Positions 8,391 to 18,275 of a stretch of DNA of 64,000 bases are shown here, piece after piece (position 1 is the first letter of the stretch; every line of letters starts with the position of its first letter). Source of the DNA: an uncultured Candidatus Bathyarchaeia archaeon (GTDB lineage Archaea > Thermoproteota > CALKCG01 > B24); contig CAYWZZ010000006.1 in assembly GCA_964463005.1 (NCBI GenBank), positions 4,236-68,235 on the forward strand. Direction: 5' to 3'. A program made the position numbers and the translations under genes. The notes below the pieces were generated by a model. The model saw only the letters and a program-made list of their open reading frames with translations, had not been told where the DNA came from and made no database searches.

Positions 8391-10355
8391 TTAAAACTTA
8401 ATCTTTACGGCTAAGTGAACTTTAATCTCTTCAAGCATAGCTTCTAAGACGCCGTCCCGGTAAACCCATCTGATTGAAGATTCTGGGGGAATTAGCTTCA
8501 ATTCCATCGGCTTCTTCTCAAGCTTGAGTTTAAACTCTACATTTCTTATCGGGGGTGTGCACTCTACATAGAAGGAATTTCCTGAAAGGTCTTTGTAAAC
8601 AGATAAGTTGCAGAAGTGAAGAATAATAGAATCCGCCCGTCTTCTCAAGACAACTTCAACTGTTGGAGGGGCTTTCAATTCCAGCGATTTAGCCATTACA
8701 GAGTCTAAAATAAACCCTATGATCTCTCTTATCTTAGGATATTGCTCAAACCAGTAAGCTCCAAAAACATCCGAGGCTATGTATACCGTTCTCCCAGATC
8801 CATACTTGTTCATTGAAACCGCAACTGCTCCCTCTTCATCTAAAGACTCCTTCTCAGACATTGATAGGGGAAGTATTTTACAAGCTTCTTTAAGTGAAAT
8901 CTTATGCCAAGGCTTATTTATCAGTATCTTCTCTCCTCTAAATGGAATCCAACCCTTAGGTATCGCATCAAATTCTAAATGTTTTAAACCGAATATCTCT
9001 ACGAATTCGTCCCGGTAATTGATCAGGGATTTTCCAGTAGCTATTAAAACCCCTCCCCTTTGAGCAAAACCCATTAAATTCTCCAATGTCGTTTTAGATA
9101 TGATTGATTGCTCAGCCAAGATTACAGCCTTACACTTGTCCAATCTACTTAGCAAGGTTTCCTCATCGACTATGTCAAACAGATAGTGTAACTCCTGCAA
9201 CGCTTTATGTGCACCCCTCAGCGGATCTAAAACTCTTCCATAATCGTAGAGGCCATTACCTACCTCGTAGAAATTTAAGGCGGAGTGTAGCAAAGCGACT
9301 TCATGGAAGGGTTCAGACTCTTCAAAAGCCTCAACCCTAGCACACACAAATTCCGCGCATTCAGCTACTATACGCATATGTGAAGGTTGAAGAGAATCGT
9401 CTTCAAGAGGGTTAACCCATATGAACCATTTACCACCATTAGCCATAATTACAGCTCCCTCTTGAAATAAGTGTACCGGATACTTAGGATAAGGTGTAGT
9501 ATTGCTCCAAGTAAAAGTCTGTAAAGCCGTCATTAAATCGAACGGTTTACCTCTAGTCGATAGAAACCTTGCCTCAAAGCTTGCTTGAAGAGGGCCGTGT
9601 GTTGGAGATATGTCTGCCGATATCCAATCTATGAAATCGGGGGGCGGATCTGGCATCCTGATCGTAAAAGACCAGTTACTTGTAAACAGACAGTTTGGAT
9701 TAAGCTTATGTATGAAGTCCGCGCACTTCTTCAAATACTTTACAAAACTTTCCCTGTGGAAGCTCATCCACGTCTTCCACAGTGGATCTTGTGGATTTTC
9801 AGGCGGTTCTCTACCATAATTTGCCATAAATGCCCTTTTACAGGAGTTACAATAGCATGGAGCTACGCTCCAACAATCTCCATCAAACCAGAAGCCGTCG
9901 GGATTATAAGCTTCAATTATTTCCTTAAGCTGTGGTAAAACTCTAGCCTCAACATAGTCGCTATTAGGGCATAAAACATCTTCACCTATGAACTCTCCCT
10001 TAGCATTACGTCTACGCCATTCAGGATGTTCTCTAGCCGCATATTCATCTTTCAAACCACTGTAATATACCGTGAACTTTATGCCGAGTTTTTCAGCAAC
10101 CCTTCTGTATATGGCTAGAGCATCTTTCACTATTGCGGGAGGAGAACCGCCTAGACGCGTTGGATAATTTGTCCATCCGGGATGTCCTTTAGAATGATAC
10201 TGTATAAAACCCGGTTTTATAGGTGCTATTAGAGAAGTTAATTCATCTAAGTCTGCTCCACCTCCTACTGGGGTGTTTGGTCCAACGTGGTGGTCGAAGT
10301 GTATATTGAGAAGCGTCTTCTTATACCATTCGCTTCTCAAATCGACACCAAACAT
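8391..10355 (-). CDS. divergent GH42-like (clan GH-A) glycoside hydrolase
   Basis: APCYCNSCKRAF has the Cx-C-xx-C cluster, and the surrounding region parallels the unambiguous GH42 at 57591..59615 (EYCYCEHC). The GVLIATGKS segment resembles the GH42 trimerisation domain. The N-terminus is not GH42-canonical. Confidence 0.5.
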   Translation of the reverse strand: MFGVDLRSEWYKKTLLNIHFDHHVGPNTPVGGGADLDELTSLIAPIKPGFIQYHSKGHPGWTNYPTRLGGSPPAIVKDALAIYRRVAEKLGIKFTVYYSGLKDEYAAREHPEWRRRNAKGEFIGEDVLCPNSDYVEARVLPQLKEIIEAYNPDGFWFDGDCWSVAPCYCNSCKRAFMANYGREPPENPQDPLWKTWMSFHRESFVKYLKKCADFIHKLNPNCLFTSNWSFTIRMPDPPPDFIDWISADISPTHGPLQASFEARFLSTRGKPFDLMTALQTFTWSNTTPYPKYPVHLFQEGAVIMANGGKWFIWVNPLEDDSLQPSHMRIVAECAEFVCARVEAFEESEPFHEVALLHSALNFYEVGNGLYDYGRVLDPLRGAHKALQELHYLFDIVDEETLLSRLDKCKAVILAEQSIISKTTLENLMGFAQRGGVLIATGKSLINYRDEFVEIFGLKHLEFDAIPKGWIPFRGEKILINKPWHKISLKEACKILPLSMSEKESLDEEGAVAVSMNKYGSGRTVYIASDVFGAYWFEQYPKIREIIGFILDSVMAKSLELKAPPTVEVVLRRRADSIILHFCNLSVYKDLSGNSFYVECTPPIRNVEFKLKLEKKPMELKLIPPESSIRWVYRDGVLEAMLEEIKVHLAVKIKF

Positions 10356-10487
10356 TTTTTATCATTTAAGTTTAAATTTAAAAATACAGCTATCGACTCT
10401 TTCCGTGAAATCTCTAATAGGTGCAAAAGGCGGATAGTTTAACTGAAGTTTAAAGCACGTATGTTGACACGATCGAGGCATTGGATA

Positions 10488-11240
10488 CTAGTTGGATTTA
10501 GATGGATGTGTAGGTATTTTATCGTCATCTGCAGTCTTTGGAATTATGTTTTTAAGCGTTGAAATTAGCGGCACACCTATGATTGTGGATATCGCCGTGA
10601 ATGTGAGTCTTTCAAAGGTGGCAATAGGAATCAACATGGTGAAGAGTGATGGAAGGTCTGAAGTGCTTACGATTAGGCGCTCAGCCGCCAGTATGAAAGC
10701 TAAACAGCCATACATGTGACTGGTTACAGTTGCAACATAACTGCATAGCAGTATTGAAAGCGTCAGATTTCTTTTAAGGTCGCTATAGAATAGTTTGGCA
10801 AGTTTTGAACGCAGTAATAGGATGTTTATGAGGCCAGCCCAATGCAGTATTGCGAACAGTGGAACGGCTCGACCTACATATGTTGCATACCAAGTAGCTA
10901 TTAGAATCGCTAAAATTACTGCTGAAATTTTCCAGCCTGACAAGCCGTTTAAACGACCTCTTGAGAGTGCACCAGCAATGAAGGCTGAAATGGGCATAGA
11001 GGGTAAGGTAAGCCATTCAAATAAACTGGCTCCCGTTAAAATACGGTTTATGAGGGCTCCGAGAAACGTAATCGACATACCGAGCATTGGACCTAATATG
11101 AAGCCGTAGAGTGGAGCTATTCCAGAAATTATTCCAATTCTAGCACCGCTTACTCCTATAACTGGAAAACCGGGTAAATAGCTTAACACTACGTACATAG
11201 CGGTCATAATGGAAATTAAAGCCACTTTTTTCGTATCCAT
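10488..11240 (-). CDS. ECF-transporter S-component-like membrane protein
   Basis: Six or more predicted TM helices, with a SYLPGFPVIGVSGARIGIISGIAPLYGFILGPMLG pattern typical of ECF S components. Confidence 0.5.
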   Translation of the reverse strand: MDTKKVALISIMTAMYVVLSYLPGFPVIGVSGARIGIISGIAPLYGFILGPMLGMSITFLGALINRILTGASLFEWLTLPSMPISAFIAGALSRGRLNGLSGWKISAVILAILIATWYATYVGRAVPLFAILHWAGLINILLLRSKLAKLFYSDLKRNLTLSILLCSYVATVTSHMYGCLAFILAAERLIVSTSDLPSLFTMLIPIATFERLTFTAISTIIGVPLISTLKNIIPKTADDDKIPTHPSKSN

Positions 11241-11268
11241 ATCGATTCAATCTCCTAGACCATTATAT

Positions 11269-12273
11269 TTAGAAGCGTAAACCATTTAAAATGGCTAGCA
11301 TTAGAGAAGCTGCTGTCAAGTCGGCGGTAGTACCTGGATTCAGCCTTCTCCTTTTCAACTCGCCATCGAATTTAAAGAGCGCCCTACGTCCTTCTGGAGT
11401 TTTAAGACCGCCAAGTTGAAGTATTTCACGCGCCTTCTCTGAAACCTCTTCAGCCGTCTTCATGCCTATTTTCACAGCTTCCAATATATCAGATGTGTAC
11501 TTTAATCCAACGTTTCTAGCTATGAAACTATCAGGATACATGGATAATAGTTTCAAATATGTGTGAACCGTTGCGACATTTATATCGTAGTTTTCAAAGT
11601 ACAGCTTTTCCACTGTTGGAAATCCTACATTGCAAGTTATCTGTAGAGCTGTGACGAGCTCTCTAGCTATAGTATCCCATTCAGCTGCAACTTTCATAAC
11701 ATTATAAAGTGTTAAATTGTTTTCCAAAATCATTTTCTTCGCCTCACTACTCGTTAAATCCGGCGCTTTCTTGCTCACAACTTTACCCATCCCTCCTGGA
11801 CTTGCCAAGCCAATAGCCTCATATGTTTCAACGGCGTCTTCGCATGTCGTAGACTTCATGACCTCTGCGAAGTTTTCACGTAAAACGGAAATATTCATGC
11901 CGTTTATCGTTGCAAATGTCATACTAGCTGCGGCAGCCATCGGTATGAATAGAAGCACTACGCCTAGGTGTGTGTTCCCACCTTTATGCCAAGCTTTTAC
12001 GTTTAAAACAACCTGTTTAATCAGGCTTCCAATCTTCAACTCACGTACTTCACCGAACTTCAGAGAAAAAGTATTCAAAACAGTCTCCCGGAGGATTGGC
12101 CCAAGTGATATTGAACCGGCTACGAAGTGTTCAAACCTAGTATCTTGAAAGTCTGAGGTTCTATGAACGTTTCCAGGCTTGGGCCAACCGCAGACTTCAA
12201 GCGCCGTTGCCAGTTGTCCTGCCACCGAGATGTAGTCGGCTATTTCTACCCTACGTTTAAGCGTTAGAGACAT
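11269..12273 (-). CDS. triphosphoribosyl-dephospho-CoA synthase (CitG/MdcB)-like protein
   Basis: CGWPKPGNVHRT resembles the CitG KPGLVD motif; 334 aa. Confidence 0.5.
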   Translation of the reverse strand: MSLTLKRRVEIADYISVAGQLATALEVCGWPKPGNVHRTSDFQDTRFEHFVAGSISLGPILRETVLNTFSLKFGEVRELKIGSLIKQVVLNVKAWHKGGNTHLGVVLLFIPMAAAASMTFATINGMNISVLRENFAEVMKSTTCEDAVETYEAIGLASPGGMGKVVSKKAPDLTSSEAKKMILENNLTLYNVMKVAAEWDTIARELVTALQITCNVGFPTVEKLYFENYDINVATVHTYLKLLSMYPDSFIARNVGLKYTSDILEAVKIGMKTAEEVSEKAREILQLGGLKTPEGRRALFKFDGELKRRRLNPGTTADLTAASLMLAILNGLRF

Positions 12274-12402
12274 ATCAATCAGACTCCGAAGCCATCCTTA
12301 TTAAATGCCTTTAAGACTATAACCTTGCTAAAAGGATTTCCATATTTAAGCGGCTGAAAACCTTCATGTATGCTATGAAAGATTTATCTTTCTAACACGT
12401 AT

Positions 12403-12942
12403 GTGATTTATGGTGTAGACGTGGATTTTTACGAAGTCATTAGAACGCGTAGGAGTATAAGGTCTTATAAGCCTGATCCAATACCGGATGACGTTTTGAA
12501 GAGAATTTTAGAGGCCGCTAGAATAGCGCCTTCAGGCTCGAACCGTCAACCGTGGAAGTTCATAATAGTGAAAAATGAAGAGTTAAAGAGAAAATTGGCA
12601 GAGGCATGTCATAATCAAATGTTTATTGCAGAAGCACCGATAGTCATAGTAGCTTGCGGATACAACATTCACTGGAATAGAGGTGAATACATGGGCGATT
12701 TAAGCATGCTCATCGACGTTTCTATAGCTTTTACACATCTCATTTTAGCGGCTAGAGCTGAGGGTTTAGGAACATGTTGGATAGGCTCCTTCAGCAATAA
12801 GAAAGTTAAAGAAATTCTAAAAATACCAGAGGATGTAAACGTCGTTGCAATAACACCACTCGGCTATCCTAAAGATGAATACTTTAGAGAACCTGGACCA
12901 AGAAAACCGCTATCAGAAATATTATCCATAGATAAATTTTAA
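12403..12942 (+). CDS. nitroreductase family protein
   Basis: RRSIRSYKPDPIPDDVLKRILEAARIAPSGSNRQPWKFIIV is the classic nitroreductase signature. Confidence 0.85.
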   Translation: MIYGVDVDFYEVIRTRRSIRSYKPDPIPDDVLKRILEAARIAPSGSNRQPWKFIIVKNEELKRKLAEACHNQMFIAEAPIVIVACGYNIHWNRGEYMGDLSMLIDVSIAFTHLILAARAEGLGTCWIGSFSNKKVKEILKIPEDVNVVAITPLGYPKDEYFREPGPRKPLSEILSIDKF

Positions 12943-13167
12943 CAATTCAAAGATTTTATTCCATCTGTAGACCCACGTTCAGTTTCACTAATACCATCCA
13001 TTTCATATACTCTGACGGAAATATGGAATTTTCAGACACACAGACCTTGGGGAAAGTTACAACGTAAGCATTAACGGAGGAAAAGGTTAGAGCTGGTTTT
13101 GAATAGTTAAGGCGTTTAACAGAGTAGAGTAATGCTTTTTAGTTTAAACTAATAAAAAGTGTTTAGA

Positions 13168-13241
13168 GGGCCGGTCGTCTAGTCTGGTAGGATACCACCC
13201 TTACGAGGTGGTGGTCGTCGGTTCAAGTCCGACCCGGCCCA
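13168..13241 (+). tRNA. tRNA-Val (anticodon TAC)
   Basis: Hand-folded cloverleaf. Acceptor GGGCCGG pairs with CCGGCCC. The anticodon stem CCACC/GGTGG closes a loop CTTACGA. The T-arm is GTCGG-TTCAAGT-CCGAC. Discriminator A. No CCA is encoded. Confidence 0.85.
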
Positions 13242-13483
13242 CTACTTTTAGGTTCAAGTCCTTTATTGTTTCCTTACGATCTAGCGAATACGGACTTTCT
13301 ACTCACTGAATACCCTTATACATACCGATAATCTTCCAAGCTTGCCGTAAATGCTGAACTTAGACGGTATTCTAATTGCTCTTTACAACCAACAGTTAAC
13401 TGTACGCACTATTGAGCCAAAATTGGGGATGATCTTGTAATTTAGTGATCTTGAGGGATTAAGTGGTGAAGATTACGGTAAAA

Positions 13484-14956
13484 CTATCTTAAGAATTCGG
13501 CAAGGAAGGCGTCTTTAGCTAGCTCATTCTTTAAGTATTCTACGGATTCTCTAGTGTCTATGAATATTGACCTGGCACGCTCTATATGCTTAGGCTCTAC
13601 AATGCTGTCGCCCATAGTTTCAGCAATAACCTTAGCTGGTAGCATTAGCTGGGCTGCATGTCTTAAAGAGTACTTCTCACCTATATCTGCAAGCGCTTCA
13701 ATGGCCTCTCTAGAAATCTTCAAGTCTTCAGCCTCAGCTCTAATATCAAGTATCTTTATGATTTCGTCTCTAGTTGGGAATCTCGTTCTAGCAATGAGCA
13801 ACCTATCAAGCATATCTATCGGTATACCGTGCGGTGACTTAATATCAGTACCCTTAACAGTTGTTATGGCTCTATTTGTCGCCAATACGAGGACTGGAGC
13901 AAACTCCTCCTCTAAAGCTCTACCTAAGAATGCAAATGACTCAATATCGAGCATGTGAACTTCATCGATGAAGAGGACACCTGGGACTAGCTCAGCCTTA
14001 CGATCTTTAATAAGCTCATTCACGTACTCATCAACCTTCTGCCTAATCTCGTCTGAAATCTCCTCTTCTCTGAATAGCAGGCTTCTATGGAGCCTTATGT
14101 TTGCAATATCTATATCATGTAGAGTAACTGTGTGGGTTATAGTCTTTGTCTTCCTAACTGAACCACTCGGTCTCTCAACAATCTTTGCAACCCTATATTC
14201 ACCAGTCCTACCCTTAGTGGTTACACCTTTGCTAGCAACTCTACCGAGCTTAGTTATCCAGCCGGTCTCTGCGTCAATCTCGATAACATCACCAACTCTA
14301 ATCGGCAACTCTAAGAGCTTATTGGCTATGCTCTCACCAACTTCAAGCGTCTTAGTCTCATCCTTAGTCGCCAACGTTATTATTGCACCAGTAGCAATTT
14401 GAATATATGGATTGTACGGGTATGGTTCTTTCTCAATATCCAGCTCTACAACCTCGCCTTCATAAACTTCTTTAGTCTCCTTTATCCTAACGCCGATAGC
14501 CCTTCTAATAGCCTGCCTAAGAAATTCAGACTTTCTAATGGTTAATCCATAAATTTCCGAACCGGACAATGCAACGAAGGGGACATCCTGACCTAGCTCT
14601 CTAGCCATGCCAATAGCGATAGCAGTCTTACCAGTCCCCGGAGGGCCGACTAGGAGCAAACCATGTCCCGGCCTTCTACCCTGCTTAATAAGTTGAACTA
14701 TTATTCCAGCAGCTTCCCTAGCCTCCTTCTGACCCACAAGCCCATCTGCAACATCAATAGCCCTCAAATTCTTGTCAAGCCCAAGGCCAGTAACATGGCT
14801 ATGAATACCGAGGTGTTTAGCTTCAGCTCTTCTCGCCTCAACTTCTTTAATTTTAATCTCTCTAGACATAGCAGAGATATTAATAAGGACGCGGGGTAAA
14901 AAATTTACCGCCAAAAACGAATTAGAACTTCCATTAAAGGGTATGTTAATGCACAA
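13484..14956 (-). CDS. RuvB-like/TIP49 AAA+ ATPase (TBP-interacting protein homologue)
   Basis: LVGQKEAREAAG, the Walker A motif GPPGTGKTA, and FVALSGSEIYG. The true start is probably the internal MSREIKIKE near 14869. Confidence 0.85.
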   Translation of the reverse strand: MCINIPFNGSSNSFLAVNFLPRVLINISAMSREIKIKEVEARRAEAKHLGIHSHVTGLGLDKNLRAIDVADGLVGQKEAREAAGIIVQLIKQGRRPGHGLLLVGPPGTGKTAIAIGMARELGQDVPFVALSGSEIYGLTIRKSEFLRQAIRRAIGVRIKETKEVYEGEVVELDIEKEPYPYNPYIQIATGAIITLATKDETKTLEVGESIANKLLELPIRVGDVIEIDAETGWITKLGRVASKGVTTKGRTGEYRVAKIVERPSGSVRKTKTITHTVTLHDIDIANIRLHRSLLFREEEISDEIRQKVDEYVNELIKDRKAELVPGVLFIDEVHMLDIESFAFLGRALEEEFAPVLVLATNRAITTVKGTDIKSPHGIPIDMLDRLLIARTRFPTRDEIIKILDIRAEAEDLKISREAIEALADIGEKYSLRHAAQLMLPAKVIAETMGDSIVEPKHIERARSIFIDTRESVEYLKNELAKDAFLAEFLR

Positions 14957-14980
14957 GGTAGTACATAGTCGTGGAGGTTG

Positions 14981-15244
14981 TCATACCACATCCTTCTTGG
15001 ATTTACGGATGTAGCTCCATATGACGGATTTTAGTTTAGACATCCAAGTCTTTGATCGTGCGATAAAAACAATTAACGCAGTTAAAAACTTAGCCTCACC
15101 GTCTTTGCCAGACGTATCAGACTCATACTCTAGAAAATCATAGATCCCCAAGTTGTAACCCACGGTAGAACCCCACGGGTAGAAGTACACATATCTCCAC
15201 GTTATTCTGCTATTCATCTTAATTCCGTAAATAAAGCTTCCCAT
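14981..15244 (-). CDS. hypothetical small aromatic-rich protein (87 aa)
   Basis: ORF only. W/Y/F-rich core. Lies immediately downstream of the radical SAM gene on the same strand. Confidence 0.2.
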   Translation of the reverse strand: MGSFIYGIKMNSRITWRYVYFYPWGSTVGYNLGIYDFLEYESDTSGKDGEAKFLTALIVFIARSKTWMSKLKSVIWSYIRKSKKDVV

Positions 15245-15271
15245 AATTAATTATTTATTCATTAGAATATC

Positions 15272-16504
15272 TCACTCCAGAGTGGGTTTATTCGGTCCTA
15301 TATGCCCATAAATTGTTTGACAAATCACCGTTTTAAGACCTATATTCTTTAATATGTTCCAGACGTTAACCATCTCTTTGAAACTAGGTCTTGAAATGTC
15401 TCTTCTCCTAAACTCTGGTCTATAGTCTAATACGCAAACTTGGACTTCTGGGTCTATTTTAAATATTTCATCGCCGATTTTAGATATTTCATCAAGGGAT
15501 ATTAGACTTCTATTGTACGGTATTCCAACACCGATGAATACTTTACCCTTATAATTGTCTACGAGGTACTTGAATGCTTCCCAAGCCGTTGAGTGGTACT
15601 TAATAGCTAAATCTCTATCCCTTACTCCAGTTATCCTCATAAAAGTTTCCACGTATAGGCCTTTCAAATCTGGACCGATATCCGTTACACCCGCCTCTAT
15701 CAGCTCATCAATATAGTCTCTCGTCAATAGTGTTGCATTTGTATCTACATGAAATCTTGCTTTAGCATCAGTATTAAGCCTCCGCAACTCTCTAATGTAT
15801 TGGATTAGCCATGGCCGATTCAATGTGCATTCACCTCCGGAAATCGCCATCCTATCCACACCATAGTGTAGTCTAGTCTCCGTCATTATAATGGCCGCTT
15901 CTCTAGGCGTGTACGCACATTCTCTACCATTATATGTTGTAGTCCAATTTTGACATTGAGGACAGCGAAGGTTGCAACCGCATGCGAAAACCGCGGCTTC
16001 AACGTAACGTCTACCTTTAAGCCACCAAGGTGTTCCAACACCTCCGACTGGATGGCCCATCCAACCGTGGATAAGCCTCTTTGGGATATAGTCCTCTGGA
16101 AGGCTTGTTTCAATTTCCATATGATCTCTTACAGCGGTAATGCAACTAGGTTTTACAATACCATCGACTTCAACTATGCAACTGTAACAACCCCCAACCT
16201 CACATAAAACTAGTAGATCCCCTTCTCCCGGAAATCTACCAATTCTATAACCGAGTAGTTCAAGAGCCTTTCTAACTGTTATGTTTTCCGGAACGAAGAA
16301 GCTTTCACCATTAACTTTGATTTTAACATCTCTCCCTTGAGGTCTCCCCCTCATAACTACGGCTTCATTTGGACATGCTAGGTAACAGGCCCCACACCCC
16401 ACACACCTCTCAACTTGACCTACTCCACCGCCAGGACATGCTACGATCTCGTCGCAAACACCGCATCTGGTACATTTACTTAGAATCCTCTCAGCATACA
16501 ACAT
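15272..16504 (-). CDS. radical SAM enzyme, PflA/activase-like, with two N-terminal ferredoxin-type 4Fe-4S motifs
   Basis: CTRCGVCDEIVACP and CVGCGACYLACP are ferredoxin motifs. CGCNLRCPQCQNW is a PflA-type CxxxCxxC motif. An additional CYSC motif is present. Confidence 0.7.
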   Translation of the reverse strand: MLYAERILSKCTRCGVCDEIVACPGGGVGQVERCVGCGACYLACPNEAVVMRGRPQGRDVKIKVNGESFFVPENITVRKALELLGYRIGRFPGEGDLLVLCEVGGCYSCIVEVDGIVKPSCITAVRDHMEIETSLPEDYIPKRLIHGWMGHPVGGVGTPWWLKGRRYVEAAVFACGCNLRCPQCQNWTTTYNGRECAYTPREAAIIMTETRLHYGVDRMAISGGECTLNRPWLIQYIRELRRLNTDAKARFHVDTNATLLTRDYIDELIEAGVTDIGPDLKGLYVETFMRITGVRDRDLAIKYHSTAWEAFKYLVDNYKGKVFIGVGIPYNRSLISLDEISKIGDEIFKIDPEVQVCVLDYRPEFRRRDISRPSFKEMVNVWNILKNIGLKTVICQTIYGHIGPNKPTLE

Positions 16505-16717
16505 ATAGATCAGCCTTCAAACTAAGCGTATGAGTTTAATCAAGTTTGGAGCTGTCTCCTCCGCTCTTATAAGCATGTTAGATTAACCGACTACATGGTC
16601 TATCATTACTCTCTTACTTACTGAGTTGGGGACTATGAATCGTGCGTAGATGGGTTTATTCCCGCCTTACACATCTGATGCGACTTTATTCAACTCCTCC
16701 GTACTTTCCAATATGAA

Positions 16718-17506
16718 TCAACCAAGTAGGAGCGAATAGACTTCAAGCATGGTCATGCCTTTAGCTGAAACAGTTCTTCCGTTTAATCTGACAACGCCCT
16801 TTCTATGAGATAACTGTTCGGCTCTTTCAGCATCGTGGAATTCTACTTTAAGCTCGATCGGTTTTTCAGGCTTAAATGGGGCAAATTCTCCAACTCTTCT
16901 AATGGCTGTGGCTGCCGCTTCTTTTATCAACTTTTGAGAAACTTTTGGATGTAGACACTTAACTGCAAACCTACTCGTAGCTTTCTTTACGGCGACAGTA
17001 CATACATTCTTCAGAAGATTTTCAGCTTCACGGACGGCGGTGTAATCACCAGTTACTAAGCCTACTGGAACATTATAATCTCCAGCTAGAGCAGCCCACA
17101 ATCCTATCTCTCCAACTGGAATACCGTTCAACCAAACGTTGTCTATGGCTGTGGATAGTGTATGTGTAAGAAGCCCTTCTGGATTACCAGCCATGGAGTA
17201 GGCACCTATAGCAAACATCAGATTGAAACTCTCATCTAAACCTTCAAGTTCAAGAACTCTTCGACCCCTTATCAATTGAGCCCTTGGATCAAGCTCTTCT
17301 ATTAGAATGGTTGATGCACCTCCATGACCATCTAAAACAACAACCTCATCAACACCAGCTTCGAAAGCTCCTTCAATAGCCGCGTTAACATCGCCAGTTA
17401 AAAGTCTCCTAGCAGTTTCATAGTCTTTACCGCCGAAGTCTATGTCTGACCAGCGTCCGGTCACTCCCGATGCTCCCTCAAGGTCGGTCATAATGAATAC
17501 TTTCAT
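16718..17506 (-). CDS. D-aminopeptidase DppA-like (peptidase family M55)
   Basis: MKVFIMTDLEGASGV at the N-terminus and SRFAVKCLHP parallel B. subtilis DppA along the full length. Confidence 0.75.
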   Translation of the reverse strand: MKVFIMTDLEGASGVTGRWSDIDFGGKDYETARRLLTGDVNAAIEGAFEAGVDEVVVLDGHGGASTILIEELDPRAQLIRGRRVLELEGLDESFNLMFAIGAYSMAGNPEGLLTHTLSTAIDNVWLNGIPVGEIGLWAALAGDYNVPVGLVTGDYTAVREAENLLKNVCTVAVKKATSRFAVKCLHPKVSQKLIKEAAATAIRRVGEFAPFKPEKPIELKVEFHDAERAEQLSHRKGVVRLNGRTVSAKGMTMLEVYSLLLG

Positions 17507-17863
17507 TGTAAGATCCCAGACTATCTTTAGGGACGGTATATACTTAAAAGTATTTTTAGCCTAACTGGATGACCCTCTAGTTGAAATACTATGATGAAGG
17601 CTCATTTATATGCAAAGTTAGGACGACGTTTTATGTTCGATTATGCTCTTAACAGGGCTCCATAAAGTTGGTGAAGATAACATATACTGGATATGTAGGT
17701 GTCAGAATCATCCTCAAATCAAATTGAAGGATGATTGATCAGTCTACCGTATTCGCATTACAATACTTCGTAATGATATTTAGGACTATTGAGCATCTTA
17801 GAGATCACTAATACGTAGACATATGAGTTGACATTTACGATTAAACTCATCTTAAACAGGTGA

Positions 17864-18250
17864 CTACTCTTGTATCTGTACTCCTCTAAGTTTTTCCTGG
17901 AGCTTTTCCCTAGCTTCCTTAAGTTGAGCTCTAGCCCTAGTCTCCTGCTTATTCAAAATAGTCAATCGGGCGTTTAAAAGTTCTTTCTGATCTTTAAGCT
18001 CATCTATAAGCTTTCGACGGTCTGCCTTAATAAGTAGGCTTCCGACAGACTTATAGACTATTGTATTATCGTCGGCTTTCTCAAGCTCTTCTAAAGCTTT
18101 CTCAACGCCCATAAGCTCCATTTCAACTTGTTGCCTCTGAGCTACTACTGCTTGAAGAGTCTGCTGAATCTGCTGAAACCTAATGAGTTGTTCTTGAACA
18201 GCTGGGGGAATTTCAGTATCACTCAAATTTAGACACCTGAATTTCTTCAC
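17864..18250 (-). CDS. pfdB: prefoldin beta subunit
   Basis: Coiled coil-hairpin-coiled coil layout: PPAVQEQLIRFQQIQQTLQAVVAQRQQVE ... IVYKSVGSLLIK ... coiled coil. Confidence 0.8.
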   Translation of the reverse strand: MKKFRCLNLSDTEIPPAVQEQLIRFQQIQQTLQAVVAQRQQVEMELMGVEKALEELEKADDNTIVYKSVGSLLIKADRRKLIDELKDQKELLNARLTILNKQETRARAQLKEAREKLQEKLRGVQIQE

Positions 18251-18275
18251 TCAGTCCTCCCAATAAATCTTCCTA

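Noticed and set aside
8391-10355. First impression of a GH29 alpha-L-fucosidase or GH35 enzyme.
   Set aside because: No GH29/35 motifs were found. The CxCxxC zinc cluster and the paralogy to the clear GH42 at 57591..59615 fit a GH42-like assignment better.
13251-13261. An 11-nt copy (GGTTCAAGTCC) of the tRNA-Val T-loop lies 20 nt downstream of the tRNA. It could be an att-site remnant.
   Set aside because: Nothing lies between the copies, there is no integrase, and an 11-mer is too short to distinguish from chance.
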